Of a stretch of 64,000 bases of DNA, positions 37,496 through 50,100 are shown in pieces. The position numbers and the translations under genes are program-made. The stretch spans positions 1 to 64,000 of the forward strand of contig NW_018479965.1 in NCBI RefSeq assembly GCF_002113885.1. Reading direction: 5' to 3'. The notes beneath the pieces are model-generated. The model ran no database searches and was not told where the DNA came from. It saw only the letters and a program-made list of their open reading frames with translations. The first letter of the stretch is position 1; every line of letters starts with the position of its first letter. Origin of the DNA: Mizuhopecten yessoensis. Its lineage: Eukaryota.

Positions 37496-40400
37496 CTAAG
37501 ATGTACAAAGACCACAAAACTTCATGCAATACTTAACCGCAAGATTATGGACAGAGCAAATGTTAATTTCAGCCATAAACTCGCATTGAATCCCAGGCCT
37601 GTCACTACAAGACTGTGCAACACCTTAAAGAAAAGACAACGCCATTAGAGACAATGCATTCCAAGGTAAAACACAACACACACACACATAAACGAGTGTA
37701 ATAATGAGAGTATCTTCAAAAACAAAACAATGCCCCGAGATCAACAATATCTACTCAATCATTTCAAGATCTTGTTTTCAGGTCCGAAACAAGTCATCAC
37801 AAACGCCAGTAATTGACCATGTTTCAACAATACAACGGAGTACAATTACTATATGTCTTACGGTCGACTAGGACTGGTCCCATCGAACCTGATTGACTTT
37901 TCTGATTACCTTGTTTGAAATGCTACTTGTGGTATTAGTTTTATATATACAGGTGTGACCAGAGCTTCATCACAGATCGACTCTTGACATGTAGTAGACT
38001 CACCCGATGGTGTAGCTGGTGCAGTAGCAAGAGTTTGAGTCACTGGATCAGGTGTTGGTGGAGTTGGTCCTTGACTGGTAACTGCTACTGGTCCTGGGCT
38101 CATTTGAGTTGGTTTAGGAGTAATATTGATAAATGGTGTTAAAGTCGGAAGAGTTGGCCAAGGGCTGGAGGGAGTAACTGGTCTAGGTGTTGGAGGAGTT
38201 AATCTAGGACTGGTAATATATACTGGTGCTGGGGTTGGTGGAGTTGGTCTGGGACTGGAAGGAGGCACTGGTCCAGGTGTTGTAGGAGTTTGTCTAGGAG
38301 TGGATATTATTACTGGCGCTGGTGTTGGTGGAGTTGGTCTAGGAGTGGTTATTATTACTGGCGCTATTGTTGGTGGAGTTGGCCTAGGGCTGGTAATGGT
38401 TACTGGCGCTGGTGTTGGTGGAGTTGGTCTAGGGCTATTAATGGTAACTGGCGCTGGTGTTGGTGGAGTTGGTCTAGGACTGGTTGTTATCACTGGAGCT
38501 GGGGTTGGTGGAGTTGGCCGAGGACTGGAAAAAGGTATTGGCATAGGTGTCTGAGTGGTTGGTCTGGGTATAGAATTTTTTAGTGGTGCCGGAGATGGTG
38601 GAGTAGGTACAAAAGAGCCATCAGGTCTAGCCCCAGGTGTTGGCGTCTGTGGAGGCGGCGGTGCACGTGTCAAAAGAGTCGTCACTGTTGACATTACTGT
38701 CGATAGTCTGAACATATCTTTTTCTGTACACTGAGGTGGAGTTGTTTGTGGAGATGTTGTTGTAACTTGGAAAAAAGCAATTAAGTCAATTTGTAAAACG
38801 ATGTAAGTGGTTGAACTCAATAGTGATGTACTTTGGTACTTTGAATGGTTTGTAAAAAAAAGATCATTTCTATCGACAATAATTATATCAGGAGAGCATA
38901 GTTACTGCGGATATTGCTGATGATTGGAATAGAGAGTATTACTTGACCAATATTTTGTTTTCAATCGAAGTAATACAGATAATATTTACCTTTCTTATTG
39001 ATAAATTAACCAAAAGAGTAATAACTTGTAGGCAGTGTATATTATACAATCTGTTGGTTATTCAAAGACGATTTACCTAAATGCAGAGTATCGTCGATAT
39101 TCTGATTGTTACACAAGACTGATTAAACTATAAGCAGAGTACCGTACATATTCTAATTGGTAGTCAACACTGATTTAAATAAGGTAAGTACCGTACATAT
39201 TCTGACAATCACAAATGTGGGGTTTATGAAAATGTTACTGGAAACAGCTTACCGTAGCTATTCCGATTGTTATATTGAGTGATTTAACTGTAGGCATTCA
39301 CATTTACATGTATGCAATACCGTACATATTCTGATTGTGACACAAGCCTTTTTTACATATAGGCACAGTACCGTAACCTGAGAGTACCCACACTAGACGG
39401 TACCCAAAATCGAACGTTTGACATTTATATTATGTAGCATTTTTATTTTGCAATAAAAGGAATGGTATCTATTCTTTATCACGTTTTATAGTTTGAAGCA
39501 ATTTGAGGAAAATGTGTATGCCTGCCTCTTGTATCTTGTTAGTTAACTTAATTGAAAACTTAAAAAATAAAATGAAATAAATATTATTTTCGGGAAATGA
39601 TAGTATGATGCAACAACGCCAATTTGCTTTAATTTTCTCATCACGGATTTTTTTGGTTAAACATATACTTGTAATCTTCATAAATGACAAAACTATCAGG
39701 AATTTGAAAGTTTCCTAAAAACATTTAACGCATGAGTAACGTACATATTCTGATTGTCAAACAAGGATGATTTACCTGTAGGCGTAGTACCATTTATATT
39801 CTGGTTGTTACACGGGAAAGATTCACCTGTAAGCACATGGTTGTACATATGCCGATTGTTACATAGGAAAGATTTACCTATAGGAGTAGTACCGTACATA
39901 TTCTGATTGTTGCATAGGAAAGATTTACCTGTAGGTGTAGTACCGTACATATTCTGATTGTTACACAAGGGACCATCACAACATCGTGTCGCCAGGACAT
40001 CACCATCGTGGAGCCGCTTCCTAATAGTGCTACTAACTACGTCGCACACCTAATGAATACAATCGAGGATAATATAGATATCATCTACACAATTATACTG
40101 TACTTTTATATTTATGTTCCTATGTAATCTATGTAATTATAGTATTGTTTTAAAAATCTATGTTCACAGAAAATTTGAATAAAACTTAAATCTATATATA
40201 AAGACGGTATTTAATAATATGAAACATTAGTATTTATGTCAAAGTATCCAAATGATCACCCATATAACACTATACTTGAATTAATTAATTCTACATACAC
40301 ACATTATTTCTTGAACACGACGATTTAGCTACACGTAACGCCTTTCGCTAGAACCCGGTCCAGGTTGTATTATATTTAACTTTTGCCAAATGAAACCAAA

Positions 40401-43400
40401 TTGCATATCACATACTTTCTTTGAGAGACATTCCATTTTCATATTTGCGTCCGGGTAGAGTAACGACGACGAACACATCTGAAAATGACACAAATTCATT
40501 TACATATACTGCAAAAAACTTGTAGGTTTAAAGGCCATACTTTCTTATTAATGTTACAAAGCTATTCACCTCGAGAGTAATAATAACAGATAATCCGTAT
40601 TCGCAACAGGTAGTATACGTTACCTGATCCTCGCCGCACTGTTTAATAGTGGTACAACTGTCTGCTGTTGCAGCATTGTCACATGTTAGACAAAGGCGGT
40701 TCCACGGGTCACTCACTAGATAACATAAATAACTTGGTAGAAGGTGAAGTGTCCATACATCAGTTCAGTGAAAAAAACAAATCATGAACAATTTAAGAAA
40801 TAAAATAGGGAGTATTAAAGTTTCAGTTAGACACACAAAAAACGATAATAAGATGTGTATCTTTGTTAATTAACAGTTGTAGAAAGATATCGATACGTAC
40901 CAGTGGAATGAAAACCTTGCGCATTACAAACATGATAAGAACAGCAGCGGTGGTATGTACGAATACCATCGTAACCTTTGACCGTCGCTTGTGAGATGTC
41001 ACCAGCGCACTGACTATCCGTACAGTGCTGTACCAATGATAAAATAGCAAATTGTTTATGAAATGTTCACTTGTATCCCTCTTTTGTGTTTCAAGAGAGA
41101 GCATGTAATTACAATAAAAACCGCGAATCAGTCGTGTATGATATGTTTTAAAGCAATGGGTATGCTACGTGGTGGATTAGATCAACTCGGCATAATAATA
41201 ACGGTCACGTTGTAAGTCTTACCTCACTGTCCTTACATCCAGCGCTATACAGGATAACCTCAGATGGCTGCTGTGCCGAGGAATTTGGATCTGTCCCGTT
41301 TAGAACGGAGCGTCTTTCAACGAAACAGACCTATAAAGGAATGAAGGAGTTAACATTTTAGAATTTTATCTACCATTCACTTAATCAGCAAATGATTGTT
41401 TGCCTGAATATTACAGAAAGTGTTCGGGAAGATAATCCCTGTGTTTTATATGACACCTAAGCAATTAATTTATCTCTTTCTGGTCATTTATTTGGAATTA
41501 GGACTTATCATGTCTGTTGTTCTGTCGTTTGTATTTATATCAATAAGATTCATTTCCCTTCTTCCTAACAACAGTTTCACAAAAAGTATTTCATTAATTG
41601 TTTTAACCTTTTAAAGTAAACAGTATGTTTTATGTTAACATCTTTGCATCGGAGTCACAGTTTTAACCAATGGTCAAAAATATCACTTTTTCAAGCTTTT
41701 ATAAAGTGAAAATGTCATGACAGATGTAATTTACGCTCAAACATAATAGTGATCATCACAAGGCATATCGCGTCCTAAGGTTAAGCTCGCCTGATTTGGT
41801 TTGCAGGTAACAGTCGTTAAACAGTTTGTTAGTGACGTCACGCCATCACATTGGAGACATGTAATAGGGTCGGCAGCTGGATAATCAGACAAAATGCAAT
41901 GAATTACATGTAGCTAATATCGGACTTTTTAATGTAAGGTAGTTATACATCAATTTGTAAATATTTCTTCTAAATAAAAGGTATTGCTTATTAGATATGG
42001 CAAAAGAGAGGCAAATTAATATAAAATGAAAAAAACACCTGATGAAGTAAATTATGAATGTTGCATATTGTTATTGTGTACAGTCTATTAATTGAATAAA
42101 AAAACATAGTATCCAAATGTTGAATAAACGGATATATTGGTATAGCATTAGCTTACATTTTCATATATTAAATCATAGCATTTCTAACTAAGTAGGTATT
42201 CTTTATGATCTGATAAAAAGTCATCAAGTAGACAACAATGGAAACATTTCTGATACCGAGATTATTTTTTCTTAATACTATTTTACATGTCGTTAGTCTA
42301 GAAATGGATATAAATAACACAATATTTCTGAAACGTAGACATCGTCATGCTCCCGTATATACAAAAAAACCATCAAATATTGTATTAAAGACCTTGAACA
42401 AATTTACATTACTTTATCCAGCACTTTCTAGAAAGTAAACACAATCAGGATTGAAGTGAAATAAATAGGTAACATTATCTTTTAGAACACACTTTATTTT
42501 ATTGCACTTACTATGCATTGTAACTCCAGCATCTTATAAGACTAGCTACCAGAATTTTTCGACTTCATTTACTACTAGCTTATATCTCCCTAGTTTAGAA
42601 CTTATGCTAGAATCAGACATCCAGTGATCAAACTTATAAGAGGTTTTTTTTCTCAATAATTGAATATCTATATGATATTCTAGAGACGGGGGCCAGTCTA
42701 GCTACTTATTTGATTCCTTAACTTTTTAAGCTAATGTTTCCTTTCAAAAAGGGAAGACAGCAGAGTGTATCGTGTATTTACCTTGTAGCGCACGCACCAA
42801 ACAGCAGGACAGAACAGTGACCAGTGCAACTGCGATAAAAAGGTGTCAATTAAAACCATCGGCGTGTGCACAAAAAACGCAATATCAAACATAAGAGCAA
42901 CGTTAAATTTATTAACGAGTAGTGATAATTAGAAAGAGGAAGACTTTTTAATAAGGGCATATTTTTTTGCTCGTTTTTGTGTGTTCAGCACTTTGGGCAT
43001 ATTTAATATATAAAAACGTAAAATGTCTTAAAACAAATATGAAAATATGATTTATTATCTTTATTTCAGCAGCAACGCCTCCAATACTATTTTTAATTTG
43101 TATTAGAAAATATTTGAACGGAATCTTTCGGAAGATGTAATAATGGTATCACCAAGTATTATCTGTCAATTTTTTGTGAAGCATACATGTGTACATTTAT
43201 CACGCTAACACCTAACATCACATCGTCGATTGGGACAATGCACAGATAGTTGAAAGGGAACAACACACAAAAACGAGACAAATAAAAGAAGCAATCAAAA
43301 TCAGGAAAACTCAGAACATGAACAGAGACGAGGGGGGCGGGGACCAGCTGAGTAATATGTATGATCCGATACTGACATAACAGGGGAGGGGGCTAGATCT

Positions 43401-44272
43401 ACACCCTACCTGTAACCTATCTGATGCATTGTGTAGACGCTTCCTATCGATAGGCGAAACGTCCCGGGTCGTTGACATAAACAATATACAATTTCATCAC
43501 ATCGTTGCACAGGTAAAACATACAAATCTCTCATTCAGTCATATCTTGACAAAGGGATCAGTTGGTCTTGAAACGTTGCTACACGTTTAATACTTAAATT
43601 GCTTGTACAGAAAGTAAAACTTGGATATTAAAATATCGTGTTTGAGGATCAACGTTTTTATATCTCGACTTTCGTTGTTATTGTTGAATTATCCGGTTGT
43701 ATATTACTAGGAACTGCCGATTTTAACAAATACATAAATACTCTGATTGTTGACAAACGTTTATCAAACCATAAAGGTGCAATAGTATGGCACTAACATT
43801 ATTGATTTCATTAGAGACACCTATTAGCAGTTCGTGTAGAGGTGAATTTCACTGATATCAGAAGCTTTGACCGGATAGATGTTGTCTTAGTAAGGCGCAA
43901 GACGGACAATATATACATACATGTATTGAGTTTCTCTGTGCATAACCGGGTCACGCGTCATAAATATGGCTTTGTTTTATGAACATAACTAATTAATGAA
44001 ACGCATTAATAACGATTTCCTAACTAAAAATCAATAAAATTATCAGACTTGTAAAGCATAATCATCAGATTGTAAGTATAATATACAAGACAGACAGACA
44101 ATATGGTATATTTCTCACAACACCGTCTGATCCGCTACCATATACATAACCTGTTACACACATGTAAGTAATAGCGAATTAGTCACAATACAACGACTAA
44201 GAGAAGATCATCCTTACGAATTGTTTACACAAACAAACACTCACATTTGGTGTATGCATTAATCCCTTCCAT
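37496..44272 (-). CDS. Secreted protein: signal peptide, two Ly6/uPAR (LU)-like domains, Pro/Thr mucin repeats and C-terminal ShKT; 520 aa, 10 exons
   Basis: Exons 44272-44245, 42829-42782, 41876-41791 (GC donor), 41330-41223, 41027-40901, 40715-40624, 40478-40416, 40049-39929, 38765-38004, 37623-37496 (1563 nt). Features: CLQC...CCSYHVCN and CLTC...CCDGPLCN; about 11 x 15-aa SPRPTPPTPAPVxxx; CSDRPGIQC...IC...YCMKFCGLC. Confidence 0.85.
39050..39965 (-). repeat. 51-bp tandem repeats derived from the exon-8 3' end plus splice donor
   Basis: CNNQNMYGTTPTG-KSFL units with donors after 39929, 39878, 39827 and 39776; more decayed copies at about 39050-39380. Confidence 0.85.
43201..43580 (+). mobile_element. 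Penelope-like element 3' remnant (GIY-YIG C-terminus) with hammerhead-like motifs
   Basis: HHIVDWDNAQIVEREQHTKTRQIKEAIKIRKTQNMNRDEG...LSNMYDPIL*, followed by ctgatg...cctatcgataggcgaaacgtc and cttgacaaagggatcagttggtcttgaaacgttg. Confidence 0.75.
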
Positions 44273-46439
44273 GTTCTTGTGACCTTCGTGACTCTATTCT
44301 GGCTTAATCGGGAGTTCAAAGGTCGGTTAGGCAAAATGAAAAAGTTCCACTGGAGAAGTCACACAATGAGGAGTTGTACATACGTACGTACTTTGTTTGA
44401 AAACGAATCATTTATTAGGAAACTCTATATTTAAATAAATATTGATGTTGAAATTGTTTTAAGTTACCATTGTACAAAGGAAGCTTCATGCAACTAGATC
44501 TACCTTGTCAAAAACACACATACAAATATATATTAATTCAGTGAATCTATTTATAGTGCTACAGTCAACTGGGAGACCACGTAACACAGGGTTCCGTTTT
44601 GCATATATGTCATCCAAAAATGTAATTATTTAAAGATCTGATTCTCTGATTATCGACGAAGTGATAAAAGAATGGGTTTAGAATATGTGTTTGCGATTGG
44701 AGACGCCTGTATTCCTTTCGTGACATCTTGTCTGCCATCTTGCTTGTTTCATTTTTGTTTCTTGACAGCGAATTCAACACAAGCCCAGAATAATTACGAG
44801 TAATAATTTGGATGACATAAAGAGAGCATAGGAAGAACAAGTATATGATGTAATTAATAAAATACCACACATGCATGGATATCTCACGATATAGAAACAA
44901 TCGTTCATACTGCGATGTACATATCCATGCATGTGTTACGAGTACCCGTGGATGTATTCGTCTGCACCAAAAAATATTTTATGCGAAATTAGAGAAAAAA
45001 TAATTATGCGTGATATAATTTATATATACACTGTCTAGCTCAAGTCCGACAAGTCCCATATTTTAAAAAAAGAAATCCTCATGCTACCCGCATCATTTGT
45101 TTTGAAGAAGATTTTGCCATCTTTATTCTTGATCACAGCGCTTGTTTATTAAAGAAGCTTATGTCACTTTGATGTTATTAAAATATTCATTTCAAAGTTC
45201 ATATGCACACCATACTAATTATGTAATAAGAAATGAACAATACTGCTCTAATTCAAAAAACAAAAACGGAAGGGTTTTTTGTCGAGAGAACCCTTTTATA
45301 GGGCACGTTTTCATCAAATGAAATAGGAATTGTTTTAATTGAATACATATGATAGTATATTTTCATCACATTTTGCACATTAACTGTACTCTACATAAAG
45401 TTAGTACCCCAAAACGAAATATTGCAAATACCTTTTTGTACATGTATTATTACAATATATAAATGAAAAAATAAATATTTGTCTTTATCATTATAAGGCT
45501 CTTTTGAGACCGCTTGATTTCAATCATCTAAACAGGAATAAATTCGGAAATCATTGGGCCAGAACAGCCTAACGGGAACCTAAAACGAAGTGAAATCAAT
45601 AACGTTTTTTAATTTAACCAACTATCGTGGTTTAAGTCTAAAAAAATATTGTTTCAAATTGCTGTGTTTTTTTGACGACGCCGTCTTCACTTTTCTCATA
45701 GCTGTTTTCATCGTGTCGTTATCATTAAGCTTTCTGATATGAGGCAATTGAAAAGCCATATAATGCTAGTTACTAATGATAAATAGTCCACATGGACAGA
45801 TTCTCTGTGATACAAAGACTTTCATTTCGCTTTAAAGTTTAATCATGATCGTTTATAGGATGACCTTGTTTGTTTCAACAGTTTATATCTTATCAGCTGT
45901 ACTTTGTGCCTACCTGCGGGAATGAATTTAGACGTATATCTAACAGGGTTACTCTCAGGTCAATTCATATGTAGGATAGGATTAATCCTAAGAGGACTTA
46001 TGAGAATTGATACGCTGAAACAAATCGTTGAGGATATGATGCCCTATTAAAGAATTTGAAAATAATGGACTGTTTTATAGTTTCATGTCAAAGAAACCTA
46101 CTGTGTATCATACTACCTAACCTTTAATTCATTGGTCACTCAAATACGGGAAATTATGAATGATTTATTTCAACATTACTTAAACGTTATATATGTTGCA
46201 AAGCAAAGAAATCAGTATTTATCAGTACGCATTCTTGAGATGAATTTTATATCCTATCTTACAACAGTAGAAACAACTACTGTATACTTTGCAGTTAATG
46301 CTTACCAATGCGATAGTTTGTCATAAGAGATCAATTTAGGGGTTATAATGTACTACAATCTATTCATGAATACAATAGCATGTTGGAGAAGGCGATGGAA
46401 CGCTATTAGGCAGTACTGGTGTTGAGTACCAATAATCCT

Positions 46440-46760
46440 ACTTCTCATCAATAGTTAATTCACTGCTCTGAGTAGGATGAATTTAATTTTTTATTAGTCT
46501 GTTCTGAATTCCAAAATCTCAGATCACGTATTATCAAAAGATGTTATTGGAAAAAACCCATCTGTGTTTAAAGTCGTTCAGTTATTGAGTGTCCATAATA
46601 TTAAAGAATTGTGTATACTAGTAAAATTCATCTATGAGGTAAACAGATTGAGGGTAATCAATTGTCCTCATTCTGTGTATATTGTCCATGATTTGTGTAT
46701 AATATGTATTGTATACTGATGGGCCAATGGCCTAAAGTTCGAATAAAACTTGTAAAAAAA
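46440..46760 (+). pseudogene. LINE 3'-end remnant
   Basis: DEFNF...YWKKPSVFKVVQLLSVHNIKELC, then a hairpin (ggccaatggcc) and aataaa. Confidence 0.5.
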
Positions 46761-47113
46761 ACTTGAATACGTCAGTATGAACGGTATTCTGCTAACAACA
46801 CAGTGTTATGTACACATTTAGGAACACATTTTATGTGAAATATCGAAAATGATGTTGGACGTTCAACTTTATTTAAATATGGAGTGTCCACTAATAAAAT
46901 GTCGTTTTTGTTATAAAGCTCGCTATAAATCATTCACTGACAATTTCGTTTTATAAGTCTAGGTTTATCTTTAAATATTACTGGAGACGATAACGACCAG
47001 TACCAGGTGCTTGTTTCCCTTACTTTGTACGCTATCTCTAATATAATTTGCGATACTGTCTAACAAAACTGCTATCACTGACCGTTCAAACTTCATATTA
47101 CTCTGTCAGACAT

Positions 47114-50100
47114 ATGTCAAACATGGTCTACAAAACAGCCCAGAGCTTTATACTGGTCCTAACCACTATTTTCATATGTACGTATAAAGTGGTTTTTTTC
47201 GAAATAGTGGCTCTTTCAAAGCATATTCTTTCATTTGTAATGTTAGTCATTGCATTGCTACTTGATATTATGTTTTATAACAGTATAGCACGTTTTCAAG
47301 GATAAAATGATGTACAGTATTCAATTTCTCATTTTTAACATTTTTCAATTTTCAGCTGTTCTCGGGCTTTCACCTCCTTTGTCAAACGAGGCACTGAAGT
47401 AAGTAAATGCAATCGATCTTCTTTTGATTTGTAATATTACGAGCTGTGACCAACAGCTACGAATACTATAATAACGTCATCAAGTCACGGTAATGGAATA
47501 TATAAAGGTATTTTCCTTTGAGTTTTCCTGTTTAAATAATAATAAAAAAATGTTCAATGGAACATGCCTTGTATGATAAAAAGAATCTAAAATCCGTTCC
47601 CATAAATTATTTGCTATAACATCGCTTAAATTCATTTGAGCAAAATCATATGTAAAAGGGGCTCATTTATATATTCTCTGTTAAGGTAAGTGCGTATACA
47701 ACCGTTTTCCTCAATTAAATTATGTAACTGCCTAATGACATAAAACTTGCAATCTTATGAAAACGAATATACACCTTTTTTGAGGGAATGCATGATAAAT
47801 AGGGAAAACATAGACATATTTTAGTTAAATTAAGTTTATAGTGAGTAGTTTAGTATATAGTGAGTAGTTAGATTAAGAATATATATTTCCATACCCAGAA
47901 AAAGACAACTCACACGCGCTTCTACTCTGTACACGTTATCATTGGTTCAATACCTTGTCAATGTTGTCTCACATTTTATGTCGCATAGTCGTGTCATAAT
48001 TCCTCTGATCTAGTCATGGTATAACCAACCTGTTTTAGTGAAACCATATGGTATAATTGGGGCTCCAACCCTTAGTTATTCCTCAGATTTGGAGTACCTC
48101 ATTGGTAGATACACCTAATCCAATGGAATCGATGATTGCCTATTAGCGTCAAATAAGGCTGTCAGTTTGAGGTACTACAAAACCGTGGGAAAATTTTAGA
48201 GACCGGAAATAAAGAAATCAAAACTCCAACAATGTTTAACAATTTAATTGATAAAAAGTAGTGGAATTGACCGTTACTGTCGTTGATTGTAAACAATGAA
48301 CTGCAAAGTCAATAATAGTTCAACGTACACATTGAACTGCAAAGTCAATAAAATTCAAACATTCATTTAGTAGTAAAATTGAAAGATACTTAGCAGTTGT
48401 GGAAAACCTGGCCCTGCTGTTGTACGTCAGAAACGTCCGTTAACGGCATTACTGTCTGTGGGTATATTTTCAATTTCGATTGTGGAGGGTTAGGCATTTT
48501 ACTAACCTCAATCGCCTGTGTGGGGCATGGTCGTTTGTAGGCTCTGACCGCCGTTCTCCGCACATCGTCTTCGTATCGTGCCAGAGTTGTGATAAATGTA
48601 TGTCGTCAAACTCATCGAATGATTCTACTATAATTTCTTATGTAATCTGACATCTTGACCTCTAAGCTCGAACTGATTGAATAAATTTGGGTTTTCACAC
48701 ACTTCAAATCACGTGACACTATATGCGACAAAAAACATATACCATAGGCTCTCGCGGATATGTCAGTCATCACACTCGAGGGGCGGGGCTCAACCCTCGT
48801 GCGCTTCGCGTACTCGGGTTGAAACCCGCCCCTCTCGTTGTGATAATTGACATATTCGCTCGAGTCTATAATATAACCATTACTTATCTCGGTACACTTT
48901 AATCCCCATTGTAATTGTAGTTTTAGGTATGGAAGTGTAGGAGAAAATAATAAATCAAACCTGTGCGCTGCAGTAAGAAATCTCAACCCTCGGGATAAAC
49001 TTCACAAATTGCACCCTCGAGTTGAGATAACTCTGACAACATTACACATGTTCAATAGATTCTACGATACGGTATAGTTAATTTTGCTCTTAACCTAATA
49101 TTTAATACCATGACTTTCGTATAATTTCCGTAGTGCCTTGGACAAAGACGTTCGTTATGCTATTCTTCATTCCAAGATCCACCAACATCATCACTTCACA
49201 AAGTCATCATTCAAGAGTATGTATGTTGGCGTAGGAGGTAAAATCTACACAACACCACAAATATTCGCACAGACCATCAATGTTGACGCAACTCAGGCCG
49301 TTTCTGATGACATCCTATGGAAGGTAAACATTAATATATAACTACATGCATGTCGCGCGAATTATATTTAATTAATACTTCCATTACTATTATAATGCAC
49401 TAGTACTATTTTAAAATTGAACTTTTTTTACTGTTATACTGTACTGTTAATAATATCATATTGCGCTGTTGATACAAAAGTATTGTTATATTGTGCTACT
49501 GATAAACTATTTTAACACGGTTTTTAGCTCACCTGGCCCGAAGGGCCAAGTGAGCTTATGGCATGGTGCGGCGTCCGTCGTCCGTCCGTCGTCCGTCCGG
49601 CGTCAACTTTTTACTTTAAACAACTTCTTCTCATTAACCAAAAGGCCTAGGGTGATGATATTTGGTCAGAAGCATGCTTGGATGAAGGGCTACCAAGTTT
49701 GTTCAAATAAATGACTTTCGTCAATTTTCAAGGTCACAGGGGTCAAATATGTAAAAATCTTTAATCAACTTCTTCTGAATAACCAAGAGGCCTAGGATGA
49801 TGATATTTGGCAAGTAACATGGTGGAATGAAGGGCTACTAAGTTTGTAAAAATAAATGACCTTGCCTTATATTCAAGGTCACAGGGGTCAAATATGTTCA
49901 AAACATTTAAACAACTTCTCCTGAATAACTGAGAGGCCTAGGGTGATGTCATTTGGCCAGTAACATGCTGTGATGAAGGGCTACCAAGTTTGTTCAAATA
50001 AATTACCTTGATTTATATTCAAGGTCACAGGGGTCAAATATGTTAAAATCTTTAAACAACTTCTTCTGAATATACAAGAGGGATAGGATGATGATATTTG

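Noticed and set aside
38126-38583. Gly/Val-rich and Trp-rich plus-strand ORFs resembling structural proteins
   Set aside because: They are antisense shadows of the Pro/Thr mucin exon, which has proper splice sites on the minus strand.
37906-38820. 304-aa ORF as a stand-alone gene
   Set aside because: Only 38765-38004 is exonic (acceptor ccaag, donor G|GTGAGT); the rest is intron read-through.
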